From NCBI GenBank assembly GCA_902591925.1, contig CACJCN010000007.1:1605-65604 (forward strand): a stretch of DNA of 64,000 bases. Reading direction: 5' to 3'. Below, one piece after another: positions 28,649-39,837 of this stretch. The DNA is from an uncultured SAR86 cluster bacterium (GTDB lineage Bacteria; Pseudomonadota; Gammaproteobacteria; Magnimaribacterales; D2472). The translations under genes were made by a program, and so were the position numbers. Under the pieces are notes generated by a model. The model had not been told where the DNA came from. It searched no databases and was given only the letters and a program-made list of their open reading frames with translations. Numbering within the stretch: the first letter of the stretch is position 1; the number at the start of each line of letters is the position of its first letter.

Positions 28649-29191
28649 ATGAAAGACTACTTAAAATATGACGATACTCAAGTTTTCAAATACGATAACG
28701 TTGTTTTAGCTGTAATTTATACAATTGGCCATATTCTTATTGCAATGACCTGTAATAGAATCATTACTGGTGCGACTCTTGATATGGCAGCAGCTGATGC
28801 GTTTATTGAACCAATAATAAATGGTTTTTGGTTTTATTTATTATTAGTAGTTTTAAAAAAAGTTATTGTAGATAAGATAAATTATTCTCAACAAAGCTTT
28901 CTTAAAGCAGACAACATTGGAATATATTTGGCTATTTTATATACATTCGGCCATATTTTTATAGCAATGACATGTAACAGATTGCTTACAGGGGCGCCCC
29001 TCAATTTAGCTGCACTGGATGCGATTATAGAGCCAATCATTAATGGATTTTGGTTTTACTTGTTATTTGAGGTATTTAGCAATTATAAATTAAGAGTTCA
29101 AACTTCTGCTGCTGGAAGAAGTAGTAAAAATCCATCTTCATTACAGTCTTCAAAATTTGCGCCTATCAATAATAAAAATAATTTAGATTAA
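28649..29191 (+). CDS. Membrane protein with internally duplicated two-helix module (DUF2061 / BTP-PACE-like), function unknown
   Basis: Residues about 13-66 and 85-140 are clear paralogous repeats (..IYTIGHILIAMTCNRIITGATLDMAAADAFIEPIINGFWFYLL / ..LYTFGHIFIAMTCNRLLTGAPLNLAALDAIIEPIINGFWFYLL). Polar Ser/Asn-rich tail. Confidence 0.6.
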   Translation: MKDYLKYDDTQVFKYDNVVLAVIYTIGHILIAMTCNRIITGATLDMAAADAFIEPIINGFWFYLLLVVLKKVIVDKINYSQQSFLKADNIGIYLAILYTFGHIFIAMTCNRLLTGAPLNLAALDAIIEPIINGFWFYLLFEVFSNYKLRVQTSAAGRSSKNPSSLQSSKFAPINNKNNLD

Positions 29192-29192
29192 A

Positions 29193-29222
29193 TTCACAAA
29201 AAACTCATCATTAAAGTACAAT
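29193..29222 (+). promoter_or_regulatory. Possible promoter for tRNA-Ala
   Basis: TTCACA (29193-29198), 18-nt spacer, TACAAT (29217-29222), about 15 nt upstream of the tRNA 5' end. Confidence 0.3.
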
Positions 29223-29237
29223 ACTTCAATTCAATGT

Positions 29238-29313
29238 GGGGCTATAGCTCAGCTGGGAGAGCACCTGCTTTGCAAGCAGGGGGTCCGCGGTTCGATCCCG
29301 CGTAGCTCCACCA
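29238..29313 (+). tRNA. tRNA-Ala (anticodon TGC)
   Basis: GGGGCUAUAGCUCAGCUGGGAGAGC...CUUUGCAAG...GGUUCGAUCCCGCGUAGCUCCACCA. The G3-U70 identity pair is present. Stand-alone, not part of an rRNA operon spacer. Confidence 0.97.
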
Positions 29314-29403
29314 TAAATTCAGAATAAATTTATATACTTTTTTTTTATTTTTTTGATAATATATACATGTTTAGAATTCGTTAAACTGCACTTTAAAATT
29401 TAA

Positions 29404-31560
<2,157 letters not shown>

Positions 31561-31561
31561 A

Positions 31562-32812
31562 TTAAGTCTTTAAAGTTCTCATATTAAACAGTGACTGGAA
31601 TAAAAGTATTCCGGTTACTGTTATTACGTTACAACTAAGCTGAGCTAATAGTAATTTTGAAGAAATTAAGTTCATATTTATTGGGTTATACGTATATATG
31701 GCAAGGATGCTTAACATAGAGAACAACAAAATAAGCTGATAGGCAATTTTCTTTCCATGCATCAAAAATCCAGTTAAAGACGCTAGGGTAACTAAAGATA
31801 CTCCAAATAAACATATCTCAAAGTACGAGAGTAAAGACGCATTTATAAAAACAAGATTGAAGACTGTTGTTGTAAATAATATTTGTGTAATACTAAAAAT
31901 TTTAATGTCTGTACTTATTGTAGGATTAAATTTTTTGTAAAAGTCTTTTGGATCTTTCTCTTCGATACAATCCTCAGGCCTCCAATATGTTTCTGCAAAC
32001 CATACTTTAATTTTATCTTTCCATAACTTAGTTTTGATAGTGTCCTTTATCATTATTGAAAAGACTTGAAAATTTGCCCAAATAGGATTCCAACTATTTA
32101 GAGGAGTTGCTGTACCATAAACAGGTTTGAGCTCTTCTCGTTGAGGAGTATAAGTCCCAAACATCCTATCCCAAATTATGAAAACACCTCCATAATTTGC
32201 ATCTATGTATTCTTTATTTTTTGCATGATGAATTCGATGATTCATCGGCGTGATAAAAATTTTTTCAAGAAAACCTAAATTCCCAATGTGTTCTGTGTGA
32301 ACCCAAAATTGATAAACTAAATTAATACCGGCTACAGTTACGAATACTTCACCAGGAACTCCAATTAGCATCATCGGTGTATAGAAGATCCATTTCCATA
32401 GCCATCCTGTACTTGTTTGTCTCAAGGCAGTTGCTAAATTGTAATCTTCTCCATGATGATGAACGCTGTGTGTAGCCCATAAAATCTTAATCTCATGATG
32501 CATTCTATGCATCCAGTAATATGACAAGTCATACAAAAGAAAGGCAGCTATCCAGGTAAAAGGATTCTTAACAGATAAAAGTCCTAGGTTAAGATACTTA
32601 CTAATATATATAAATATTGCACTCTGAACTCCAAAATTTAGCATTACAGGAAACCTACTTATCATTCCTAAAGAAATACTCGTTAAGGTATCATTCAAAC
32701 GATATGTATTTTTGCCAATAAATAAACCATAGAAATACTCTATTATTATTAACACAAAGAAAGCTGGGACAGCTAGCGTAATAATGATTGACTTATCTGT
32801 TAATACTTCCAT
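31562..32812 (-). CDS. Fatty acid hydroxylase / sterol desaturase superfamily protein with an extra C-terminal multi-TM domain
   Basis: Histidine boxes HRMHHE, HSVHHH and HRIHHA. About 125 additional C-terminal residues form 3-4 predicted TM helices. Confidence 0.8.
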   Translation of the reverse strand: MEVLTDKSIIITLAVPAFFVLIIIEYFYGLFIGKNTYRLNDTLTSISLGMISRFPVMLNFGVQSAIFIYISKYLNLGLLSVKNPFTWIAAFLLYDLSYYWMHRMHHEIKILWATHSVHHHGEDYNLATALRQTSTGWLWKWIFYTPMMLIGVPGEVFVTVAGINLVYQFWVHTEHIGNLGFLEKIFITPMNHRIHHAKNKEYIDANYGGVFIIWDRMFGTYTPQREELKPVYGTATPLNSWNPIWANFQVFSIMIKDTIKTKLWKDKIKVWFAETYWRPEDCIEEKDPKDFYKKFNPTISTDIKIFSITQILFTTTVFNLVFINASLLSYFEICLFGVSLVTLASLTGFLMHGKKIAYQLILLFSMLSILAIYTYNPINMNLISSKLLLAQLSCNVITVTGILLFQSLFNMRTLKT

Positions 32813-32829
32813 TTTCTATAAAAATTCTT

Positions 32830-33642
32830 CTAATCTGATTGAATAGATCTTAATGCACCAAGTACATTACCATATTCTCTGTTTTCTTTAAATACTCCAC
32901 TAATATTAGCAAGTTTTAATCTATCTTCAATACCAGTTTTAATAACACTATTTAAAGATGTTCTCCCTAAGAAATAAACCTTATTTTCATTACACAAAAG
33001 AGCATTTAGATAAGATATTGTTCCAATGACTTCTCCAATCATATTTGAAAGTGATGCAGCAGCATGTTCTTTAGAGTTATTTTTATTATTTTTTGCTTTA
33101 CCAAAATTTGAGGCAGTAATTTCTGGATATAAAGAGCCAATTTCATTTACAACATCTCCAATTAAAAAATCTAACTCCTTTCTATCTCCTTTTTTAGCTA
33201 ATTCCTCTATATCTTTCACATTTTCAGTATTTATTAAATATTTTGATAGGCCCTGTAATGTCCCACCTCCAACTGATATTCCTCCCAAGTGGTTAAATTT
33301 ACCGTTATTATGATGAATGCATGCAGTCCCAGTTCCAGCACTTACAGCTACGAAAGACTCCTCAGATATATCATATAAAGCTATCGCACCAAGGCCTATT
33401 GCATCTACTTCATTAATCTTAATTACAGGAATATCTTTATATGTGTCACTTAAATTACTAGATTTACCACCAGTTACTCCGATTTTATGCAAATTAGCAA
33501 AATCTAGATCAATTTCGTCAAAGATATAATCAATAAAATCAGTTGTTATTGATCTAGATGGAAATGAATAGAATATATCATCACCATTTTGATTTATTAC
33601 GACATCTGTGTTTGTTATTCCAAAATCAATAGCAACAAACAT
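32830..33642 (-). CDS. Type II pantothenate kinase-like ASKHA ATPase (CoaW/Fumble-like)
   Basis: Collinear with staphylococcal CoaW as I recall it: IDFG.T.T N-terminus, VTGG, EVDAIGLG, SAGTGT, GGISVGGGTLQGLSKYL, ITASNFG, IGEVIGT, GALRS. Similar length (270 aa). Confidence 0.65.
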   Translation of the reverse strand: MFVAIDFGITNTDVVINQNGDDIFYSFPSRSITTDFIDYIFDEIDLDFANLHKIGVTGGKSSNLSDTYKDIPVIKINEVDAIGLGAIALYDISEESFVAVSAGTGTACIHHNNGKFNHLGGISVGGGTLQGLSKYLINTENVKDIEELAKKGDRKELDFLIGDVVNEIGSLYPEITASNFGKAKNNKNNSKEHAAASLSNMIGEVIGTISYLNALLCNENKVYFLGRTSLNSVIKTGIEDRLKLANISGVFKENREYGNVLGALRSIQSD

Positions 33643-33652
33643 TTATTAAACT

Positions 33653-35848
33653 TTATTCTAAAAAAGTTGCAGGCCAAGCCATTGGGAATTGTTGTTGTGG
33701 ATTGAATACATTATCGCCAACTGCTGGGAATGCTTTCGAAGCAGCCTCTATTTCTTTTTCACTAATATATTCACTTGGAGTTAACCTGAAAACATCAAGA
33801 CCTCTAGTAATTTCGGTGCCGTAGATAAAGCCATCGTAATAATATGTTGACCAATACCCCCCAGTAATTAATATATCTTCAAGGATAGGACCTCTATCAA
33901 AATACGCAATTTCTTTAGGCATAGAAGAGTCGGTAAAATCCATTATAGAAATACCACCTTGATACCATGCTTGAACAAATATATCTCTATTAGGTATTGG
34001 AATAATTGATCCGTTATGAGCAACACAGTTTTCAGTTTCCAACTGAGGTGCAGGCATTTTGTAATGACTTTTGAAGATCAATTTTTTATCAACAATGTCA
34101 TAAATAGCGTCTGCTCCCCAGTCTAAAGGATCCCATGCACGACATCTTGCTCGACCACCGCCACCCCATTCGTCAGTAAAAATTACTTTTGTACCATCAT
34201 TATTAAATGTTGCAGAATGCCAATAAGCAAAACCAATATCAGTTACAACATCAAGTCTTTCAGGGTTATAGGGATCAGTTATATCAAACAAGATTCCATT
34301 ACCAGAACAGGCACCAGCAGCAATATTTGCAGATGGGAAAACTGTAATATCATGACATTGATTGGTTGAGTTTGTATCTTGGGTATCATCACCATGATCA
34401 CCACCTCGCCATAATCCCGCAACATTGCCAGTTTCTAGGTCCATAAAGACTCTCGGACTTTTAACAATTTTAGATTTCGAAGGATCTTTAATTGGTATTT
34501 CAATAATATCAATTGAAAAATAGGAAGAACCTCCGCCGTCCCAGCCGAAACAATCTTCTTTTTCTTCTGTATCTCTAACTCTTCCAGTTCCAGAGTTATA
34601 AACTATGATTTTTTTTCTATCGCTAGATACTACAGAGTGCGTGTGTGAACCTCTGCAGGTTTGAACAGCTCCAACTTGTTTTGGCTTATATAAATTAGAT
34701 ATATCAAAGATTCTAATACCTCTAAACCTTTCAGGACTTGAATCACTATTTACACCCTCGAGTCCACAATCTATTCTGCTTCTATTTTCTTCTACAGACA
34801 TAATCAAAAGATTTCCAACAATTGAAACATCTCCTTGACCACCAGGACATACAACTGATGAAATTAGACTTGGAATGCCATCATTCCCTAGCTCATAGAC
34901 ATTAAATCCATGATAACTCCCAGCAACAAGAATATTATCTTTAAAAGCCATATCAGTATTTGCAAAAGACAACATTGGTGATCTTAAAGATCTAGAAATT
35001 TCTGCAGTAGTTTTATCTTCATTATCCTCAGTTAAATCCTCCGAGCCTTTTGCAGCAGGATTTTCAGGATCAAAAAAACCAGTTGGTTTTTTTAATGATG
35101 TTATTAGCTCCATATTCAAAATAGCTTCTTCGGCAATGAATAGTCCTCCAGTCAAACCGGCTCTAGGATCATCAGATAAACCAGTTAGTAGGGTGTTCAT
35201 CCTTTCAATTTCGACACCTTGATCATTAATTAAATCTGAAACAAATTCATTTAATATTGGATCATAGGTATTTCCAGGATATTTTTTTAACTCCTCAACC
35301 ATCTCTAATGCACCATCATGATGATTTATCATTAATTTAAGGAATAACCTATCAAAACCAGTACTATCAGAATTGCTTAAATCGTTAAGTTGTTTAGGAG
35401 TAGCCATCCCAACCATATCTATATGGTTATGCATGTTGTGATTGTGATGATTATGATGATGTTCATCTACTGCTTTTTTAAATTCATCTCTATCTTTTAA
35501 CCAAGATTCCATAAAGTTAATCTCATCTTTTTGAGATGCATCAATTCTTTTTGCAAGATCTAAAATTGATTTATTATTTGTTCTTTCATCTGCCATTTCA
35601 GACATCACAATAGCTTGTTCATGATGAACAATCATTCCTTGAAGAAAATCAACATCAGCTTTTATATATGAAGTATTAGCAATATCTGTTGCTTCTTTTT
35701 CATCAATTACTTTTGATGGATTGCCTGGTGCGCCTGGTTGAATTATTTGAGGATCTTGATTCAATTCAGAACCCACAATGTGTAGTGTTAATGCAGTAAA
35801 AAATATTAATTTAAGATTTTTTATCAACGAATTACTTTTCTTCTTCAT
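33653..35848 (-). CDS. Secreted fusion protein: DUF305 (ferritin-like four-helix) + His-rich linker + LVIVD-repeat beta-propeller
   Basis: Signal peptide. Two DUF305 HH..A..M motifs (MIVHHEQAIVMSE, MINHHDGALEMVE) flank the EHHHNHHNHNMHNH tract. C-terminal about 430 aa carry LVIVD-like repeats (GDVSIVGNLLIMSVE etc.). Confidence 0.75.
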   Translation of the reverse strand: MKKKSNSLIKNLKLIFFTALTLHIVGSELNQDPQIIQPGAPGNPSKVIDEKEATDIANTSYIKADVDFLQGMIVHHEQAIVMSEMADERTNNKSILDLAKRIDASQKDEINFMESWLKDRDEFKKAVDEHHHNHHNHNMHNHIDMVGMATPKQLNDLSNSDSTGFDRLFLKLMINHHDGALEMVEELKKYPGNTYDPILNEFVSDLINDQGVEIERMNTLLTGLSDDPRAGLTGGLFIAEEAILNMELITSLKKPTGFFDPENPAAKGSEDLTEDNEDKTTAEISRSLRSPMLSFANTDMAFKDNILVAGSYHGFNVYELGNDGIPSLISSVVCPGGQGDVSIVGNLLIMSVEENRSRIDCGLEGVNSDSSPERFRGIRIFDISNLYKPKQVGAVQTCRGSHTHSVVSSDRKKIIVYNSGTGRVRDTEEKEDCFGWDGGGSSYFSIDIIEIPIKDPSKSKIVKSPRVFMDLETGNVAGLWRGGDHGDDTQDTNSTNQCHDITVFPSANIAAGACSGNGILFDITDPYNPERLDVVTDIGFAYWHSATFNNDGTKVIFTDEWGGGGRARCRAWDPLDWGADAIYDIVDKKLIFKSHYKMPAPQLETENCVAHNGSIIPIPNRDIFVQAWYQGGISIMDFTDSSMPKEIAYFDRGPILEDILITGGYWSTYYYDGFIYGTEITRGLDVFRLTPSEYISEKEIEAASKAFPAVGDNVFNPQQQFPMAWPATFLE

Positions 35849-36053
35849 GTTTTACCTCTTTCGCTTCACCTTCAATAATATTTGATTTTGATTTATCTTT
35901 TCCATATCTTAACCATAACCAAGTCCAATTCATTCTTTTTTTGTTTTCAAAAGACTCTATTTGATTTTTAGATGCTCGTATTCTTAATAAATAGAAGAAT
36001 ATTCCAAAAGAAACTAATCCAAGAAATAGAATCAAAGGATTTGAAGAAAACAC
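35832..36053 (-). CDS. Small single-TM hypothetical protein
   Basis: 73-aa ORF with one TM helix (LILFLGLVSFGIFFYLL). Abuts the upstream gene stop and overlaps the downstream start by 17 nt. No homology evidence. Confidence 0.4.
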   Translation of the reverse strand: MFSSNPLILFLGLVSFGIFFYLLRIRASKNQIESFENKKRMNWTWLWLRYGKDKSKSNIIEGEAKEVKHEEEK

Positions 36054-36844
36054 TATCTAGATCTGAACTTCGCTAAAAGCCTCAGTATTTCTATATAAAG
36101 CCAAATTAAAGTAGTAACTAAAGCCATTGCGCCAAAATATTCCATATACTTTGGAGAACCATACTCAGCAGATTGTTCAATGATGTCAAAATCAAGTACT
36201 AGACTAAATGCTGCCATAGCTACTATGAATAGAGATAATCCAATAGACGCATTACTACTGCCTGAAAATATTTCTGGAGATACGCCAGTAACTAAAGAGT
36301 ATATAAGCGTTCCTATGTAAAATAAGAAGATACCAAAAACAGCAGAGCAGACCATTAAAACGAAGTTTTGACTTGGTTTAACAATGCCAGATTTATATAA
36401 GAATAATAACGTTGCTGCAACACAAAATGTTAAAGATACCGCCTCAAGAACTATACCAGGAAACATTGTTTCAAATGACAAAGAGATCAAGCCTATAAAA
36501 AATCCTTCTCCAAAAGCAAATATTAACCAGGTTTTTGGAGCTAAGTAGGGCCTTGGATTAATTATGAAACCAATAAAGGGCATCCAAAAACCAAAAGTAG
36601 CAACACTTGCAATTGCTGCTGCAAATATACCAATATATGAAAGCATAACAATTAATGGACTTGGAAAGTTCCATGAAATCGCTGCTGTAGATATAAGAAT
36701 TGCTAACATTATTGCCGTCTTATTAACCGCCCCATCCAAAGTCATTCTTTCAGAATCTGACGATGCTCGAGAATCAAATGCGGAGGATCTTATAACTGGA
36801 TTCCCAGATCTCCCAAAAGTATCAAGTGCTGCATGTTTAGACAT
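36053..36844 (-). CDS. Bax inhibitor-1/YccA-like family membrane protein
   Basis: SGNPVIRSSAF N-terminus followed by MTLDGAVNKT and about 7 TM helices, the pattern of the BaxI_1-type family. Confidence 0.7.
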   Translation of the reverse strand: MSKHAALDTFGRSGNPVIRSSAFDSRASSDSERMTLDGAVNKTAIMLAILISTAAISWNFPSPLIVMLSYIGIFAAAIASVATFGFWMPFIGFIINPRPYLAPKTWLIFAFGEGFFIGLISLSFETMFPGIVLEAVSLTFCVAATLLFLYKSGIVKPSQNFVLMVCSAVFGIFLFYIGTLIYSLVTGVSPEIFSGSSNASIGLSLFIVAMAAFSLVLDFDIIEQSAEYGSPKYMEYFGAMALVTTLIWLYIEILRLLAKFRSR

Positions 36845-36904
36845 TAATAATCTCCATATTTAATTCCATACTATTTAAGTATGGTCATATATTCAAATTT
36901 AAAG

Positions 36905-38011
36905 TTATAGATTGGTTGGAATTTGTCCAAATTTTTCAAGAGGCTTTTTCATTTCTGCCCAATCACATTCAAAATCATCTGGCGCATGCTCATATTCTAG
37001 CAATCCAAGTGCCTCAAATTTTGGCCTAACTTCATCTGTTAATAGACCAATCCTCTTTAAATTTGGCATCACTCTTGAAAATAAGAAGTTCCTAAACATT
37101 TCAAAAGTACCAGTACTTAATTGAAATTCTCTAGCTTCTTCAGCAGTCATTTTAAGAAATCTCTGTTCAGCCTGAGTATTTATAAGCCTATCTCTTGAAA
37201 TAACACAAGCTTCGTATGCAAACTGAGCTCTTTCATTTATCTCTTCTTTAGATAGTGTTGTTAAGTAGTCTTCAAGATAATTTATTCCAAATGTTACGTG
37301 ACGTGCTTCATCACGAACAACATAGTGGAGTAGTTGTTTTAAAAGTGGGTCTTTTGTAATAGCTTTAAGCATTTGAAATGCCGCAAGAGCCAAACCTTCA
37401 ATGATTATCTGCATCCCAATAAACTTTAAGTCCCATCTTTCATCAGTGAGAATCTTATCTAGTAATAATTTTAATGATGGATTAATCGGATAGTGAATAC
37501 CAATTTTATCCTGAAGATATCTATTGAATACTTCAACATGTCTTGCTTCATCAAATGTTTGAGAGGCAGCATAAAGTTTCGCATTATAAGTTGGAGCGCA
37601 GCTAGCTAATTGAGATGCTACAAGTAAGGCTCCTTGTTCTCCATGAAGAAATTGACTCATTAATTCCGCAGTATTATGTCTATCAAAAAGTATTTTTTCT
37701 TCTTCTGAGAGAGCTTGATAAGCTTCTAGCGCCTCATGAGGTAACTCTTCATCAGGTTCAACTAGTTTTTCATCAGCAGGGTGAGTATAGTCCCAGTTTA
37801 AATCAATTGAGCCATTCCAATTAAGCTCCTTACCTAATTCATAAAGTTTTTTAATTCTGTTGTCTGCAATCGTGTAATCCCAGTTATATGCTCCAGTTAG
37901 AGGAGTCTTAAATATCTCAACAACATCTTCAACTTGTTTTTGGGACAGATCTAAGTCTTCATCGAAGTAAAGTAAATCCTCTGGTGGCCCATCTTGGTTA
38001 CGAATTTTCAT
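36905..38011 (-). CDS. Ferritin-like diiron-carboxylate oxygenase (AurF / R2lox-like)
   Basis: Two E...DE.RH half-sites: HGEQGAL ... FDEARHVEVF and IIEGLALAAF ... RDEARHVTFG. Confidence 0.75.
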   Translation of the reverse strand: MKIRNQDGPPEDLLYFDEDLDLSQKQVEDVVEIFKTPLTGAYNWDYTIADNRIKKLYELGKELNWNGSIDLNWDYTHPADEKLVEPDEELPHEALEAYQALSEEEKILFDRHNTAELMSQFLHGEQGALLVASQLASCAPTYNAKLYAASQTFDEARHVEVFNRYLQDKIGIHYPINPSLKLLLDKILTDERWDLKFIGMQIIIEGLALAAFQMLKAITKDPLLKQLLHYVVRDEARHVTFGINYLEDYLTTLSKEEINERAQFAYEACVISRDRLINTQAEQRFLKMTAEEAREFQLSTGTFEMFRNFLFSRVMPNLKRIGLLTDEVRPKFEALGLLEYEHAPDDFECDWAEMKKPLEKFGQIPTNL

Positions 38012-38073
38012 AATGATAATTACCTATAAAATTATTTAAAATCCCCTGTTAAAAAAGTATTTTATAGCAATGT

Positions 38074-39837
38074 TTAATCCTTGAAAAGCTTTGTAAGTTC
38101 CTCTAAAAGCACTTCTCCAAGCTCTTCAGCCCTATTTATAGTTAGTGCATTTTTGTAATATTTTGTTACATCATGCCCAATTCCAATTGCTTGAAGTTCA
38201 ACTGGGCTATCTTTTTCAATTTTTGAAATAATTTCTCTAAGATGATTATCTAAAAAATCTTCACGATTTGCGGACAAGGTGCTGTCGTCAACCGGCGCAC
38301 CATCGGAAATTACAATTAATATTTTTCTTTCCTCATGTCTTTTAAGAAGCCTTTCATGTGACCATGCAAGAGCTTCCCCATCAACATTTTCCTTTAATAG
38401 GCCTTCCCTTAACATTGCACCAAAATATTTTCTTGATCTTCTCCAACTATTATCAGCACTCTTATAAATTATGTGTCTGATGTCATTCAGTCTGCCTGGA
38501 TTGGAACTATTACCATTTATAATCCACAATTTTTTTGAGTCGCCACCTTTCCAATGCTTAGTTGTAAAACCTAGGATTTCAGTCTTTACTTGACATCTTT
38601 CTAATGTACTTCCAATAATATCAGCACATATAGCTGCAAGGCTTATAGACCTCCCTCGCATTGATCCAGAGTTATCAATTAACAAAGTAACAATAGTATC
38701 TTTAAAATCATTTTCTGTTTCTTGTTTAAAGCTAAGAGGATATCCAGGGCTAGCGATAACTCTGTGCAATCTTGAATTATCAAGAATTCCCTCTTCAAGA
38801 TTAAAATTCCAACTGGTATTTTGTTTAGCCAAAAGTAGTCTTTGCAGTCTATTTGCTAATTTTCCAATAGTCGAAATATGTGGCTTAATTAAATTATCTA
38901 ATTGATTTCTTAAACGCATTGATTCTTCATTTGTTACAAGATCTTTTGCATCAATAATCTCATCAAAATTTGATGTATAGATAGAATAGTCTTCTTTATG
39001 TGGAGTTTGGAAATCATTATTTGGATAAGTTAGAGACTCAATCTCATCTTCAATTGAGGTATCATCGATATTTGCTGTTGCATCCTGTATATCAACATTT
39101 AAGTCATCATCAAAATCTTTTAAATCTATTTTTTCTTCTATTCCTGAATCTTCTTGAACAGTTTCTTCGTTATTGTCAATATCATCTGTTGATCCTGGCG
39201 CTTCTTCAAAATCATTTTCTTCATCTTCAACACTTTCTTTAACTAGATCTAATTTTTTAAGAAATTTGATTGCATTTTTTTCAAAATTCGCTTGATCATC
39301 AAGATTTTTTATTAGATTTTCTCGGATTTTGTTAGCAGACGCATCAATCTTATATTTTTCGATAAATTTCGAAATTATATTTTTTGAATTTTCACATAAA
39401 TCAAAATTCATAAATTCTTTAAGCCACAAATTTGCTCCATAAGATAAAAAATTTAGAGATTTTTCGTCTTCTAGTTCATTGCTTCTAGAATTTGTATATT
39501 CTGATATATTTCTTTCAGAACCAAGATATTTTGAAGAACCTAATAACTCGACTCTGGCAATTTCTAATTCGTTAAAAATCATTCTTGCAGGGAGGGTGAG
39601 TTGATAATCTTTACTTTTATTATGAAATAAATGCCAAAACGCTTGAAAATCAGATTCTCCTCGCCATTTATTTAAATCTTTAAAAGATCTTGGAACATTA
39701 GGCAAAGCTACATGATCGCTTGTTGGTGGTCTTTGAGATAATCCTGTATTGGAAGAAATTTTTTTATTGTTTGAAATAGCTCTAATTGTAGATACAGCTG
39801 CTTCATGCAATCTTTCTCTTTTTTTAGTCCAACTCAT
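38074..39837 (-). CDS. cobT: CobT-like protein (acidic linker + C-terminal von Willebrand A domain)
   Basis: CobT-type N-domain, long D/E-rich low-complexity segment, VWA MIDAS motif [19 protein letters not shown]. Confidence 0.85.
   Translation of the reverse strand: MSWTKKRERLHEAAVSTIRAISNNKKISSNTGLSQRPPTSDHVALPNVPRSFKDLNKWRGESDFQAFWHLFHNKSKDYQLTLPARMIFNELEIARVELLGSSKYLGSERNISEYTNSRSNELEDEKSLNFLSYGANLWLKEFMNFDLCENSKNIISKFIEKYKIDASANKIRENLIKNLDDQANFEKNAIKFLKKLDLVKESVEDEENDFEEAPGSTDDIDNNEETVQEDSGIEEKIDLKDFDDDLNVDIQDATANIDDTSIEDEIESLTYPNNDFQTPHKEDYSIYTSNFDEIIDAKDLVTNEESMRLRNQLDNLIKPHISTIGKLANRLQRLLLAKQNTSWNFNLEEGILDNSRLHRVIASPGYPLSFKQETENDFKDTIVTLLIDNSGSMRGRSISLAAICADIIGSTLERCQVKTEILGFTTKHWKGGDSKKLWIINGNSSNPGRLNDIRHIIYKSADNSWRRSRKYFGAMLREGLLKENVDGEALAWSHERLLKRHEERKILIVISDGAPVDDSTLSANREDFLDNHLREIISKIEKDSPVELQAIGIGHDVTKYYKNALTINRAEELGEVLLEELTKLFKD

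Noticed and set aside
33026-33529. Two plus-strand ORFs (95 and 70 aa) opposite the PanK-like gene; likewise 36564-36863 (+) opposite BI-1 and 40921-41298 (-) opposite the SDR gene
   Set aside because: They are antisense to genes with clear family motifs and have no recognisable motifs of their own.
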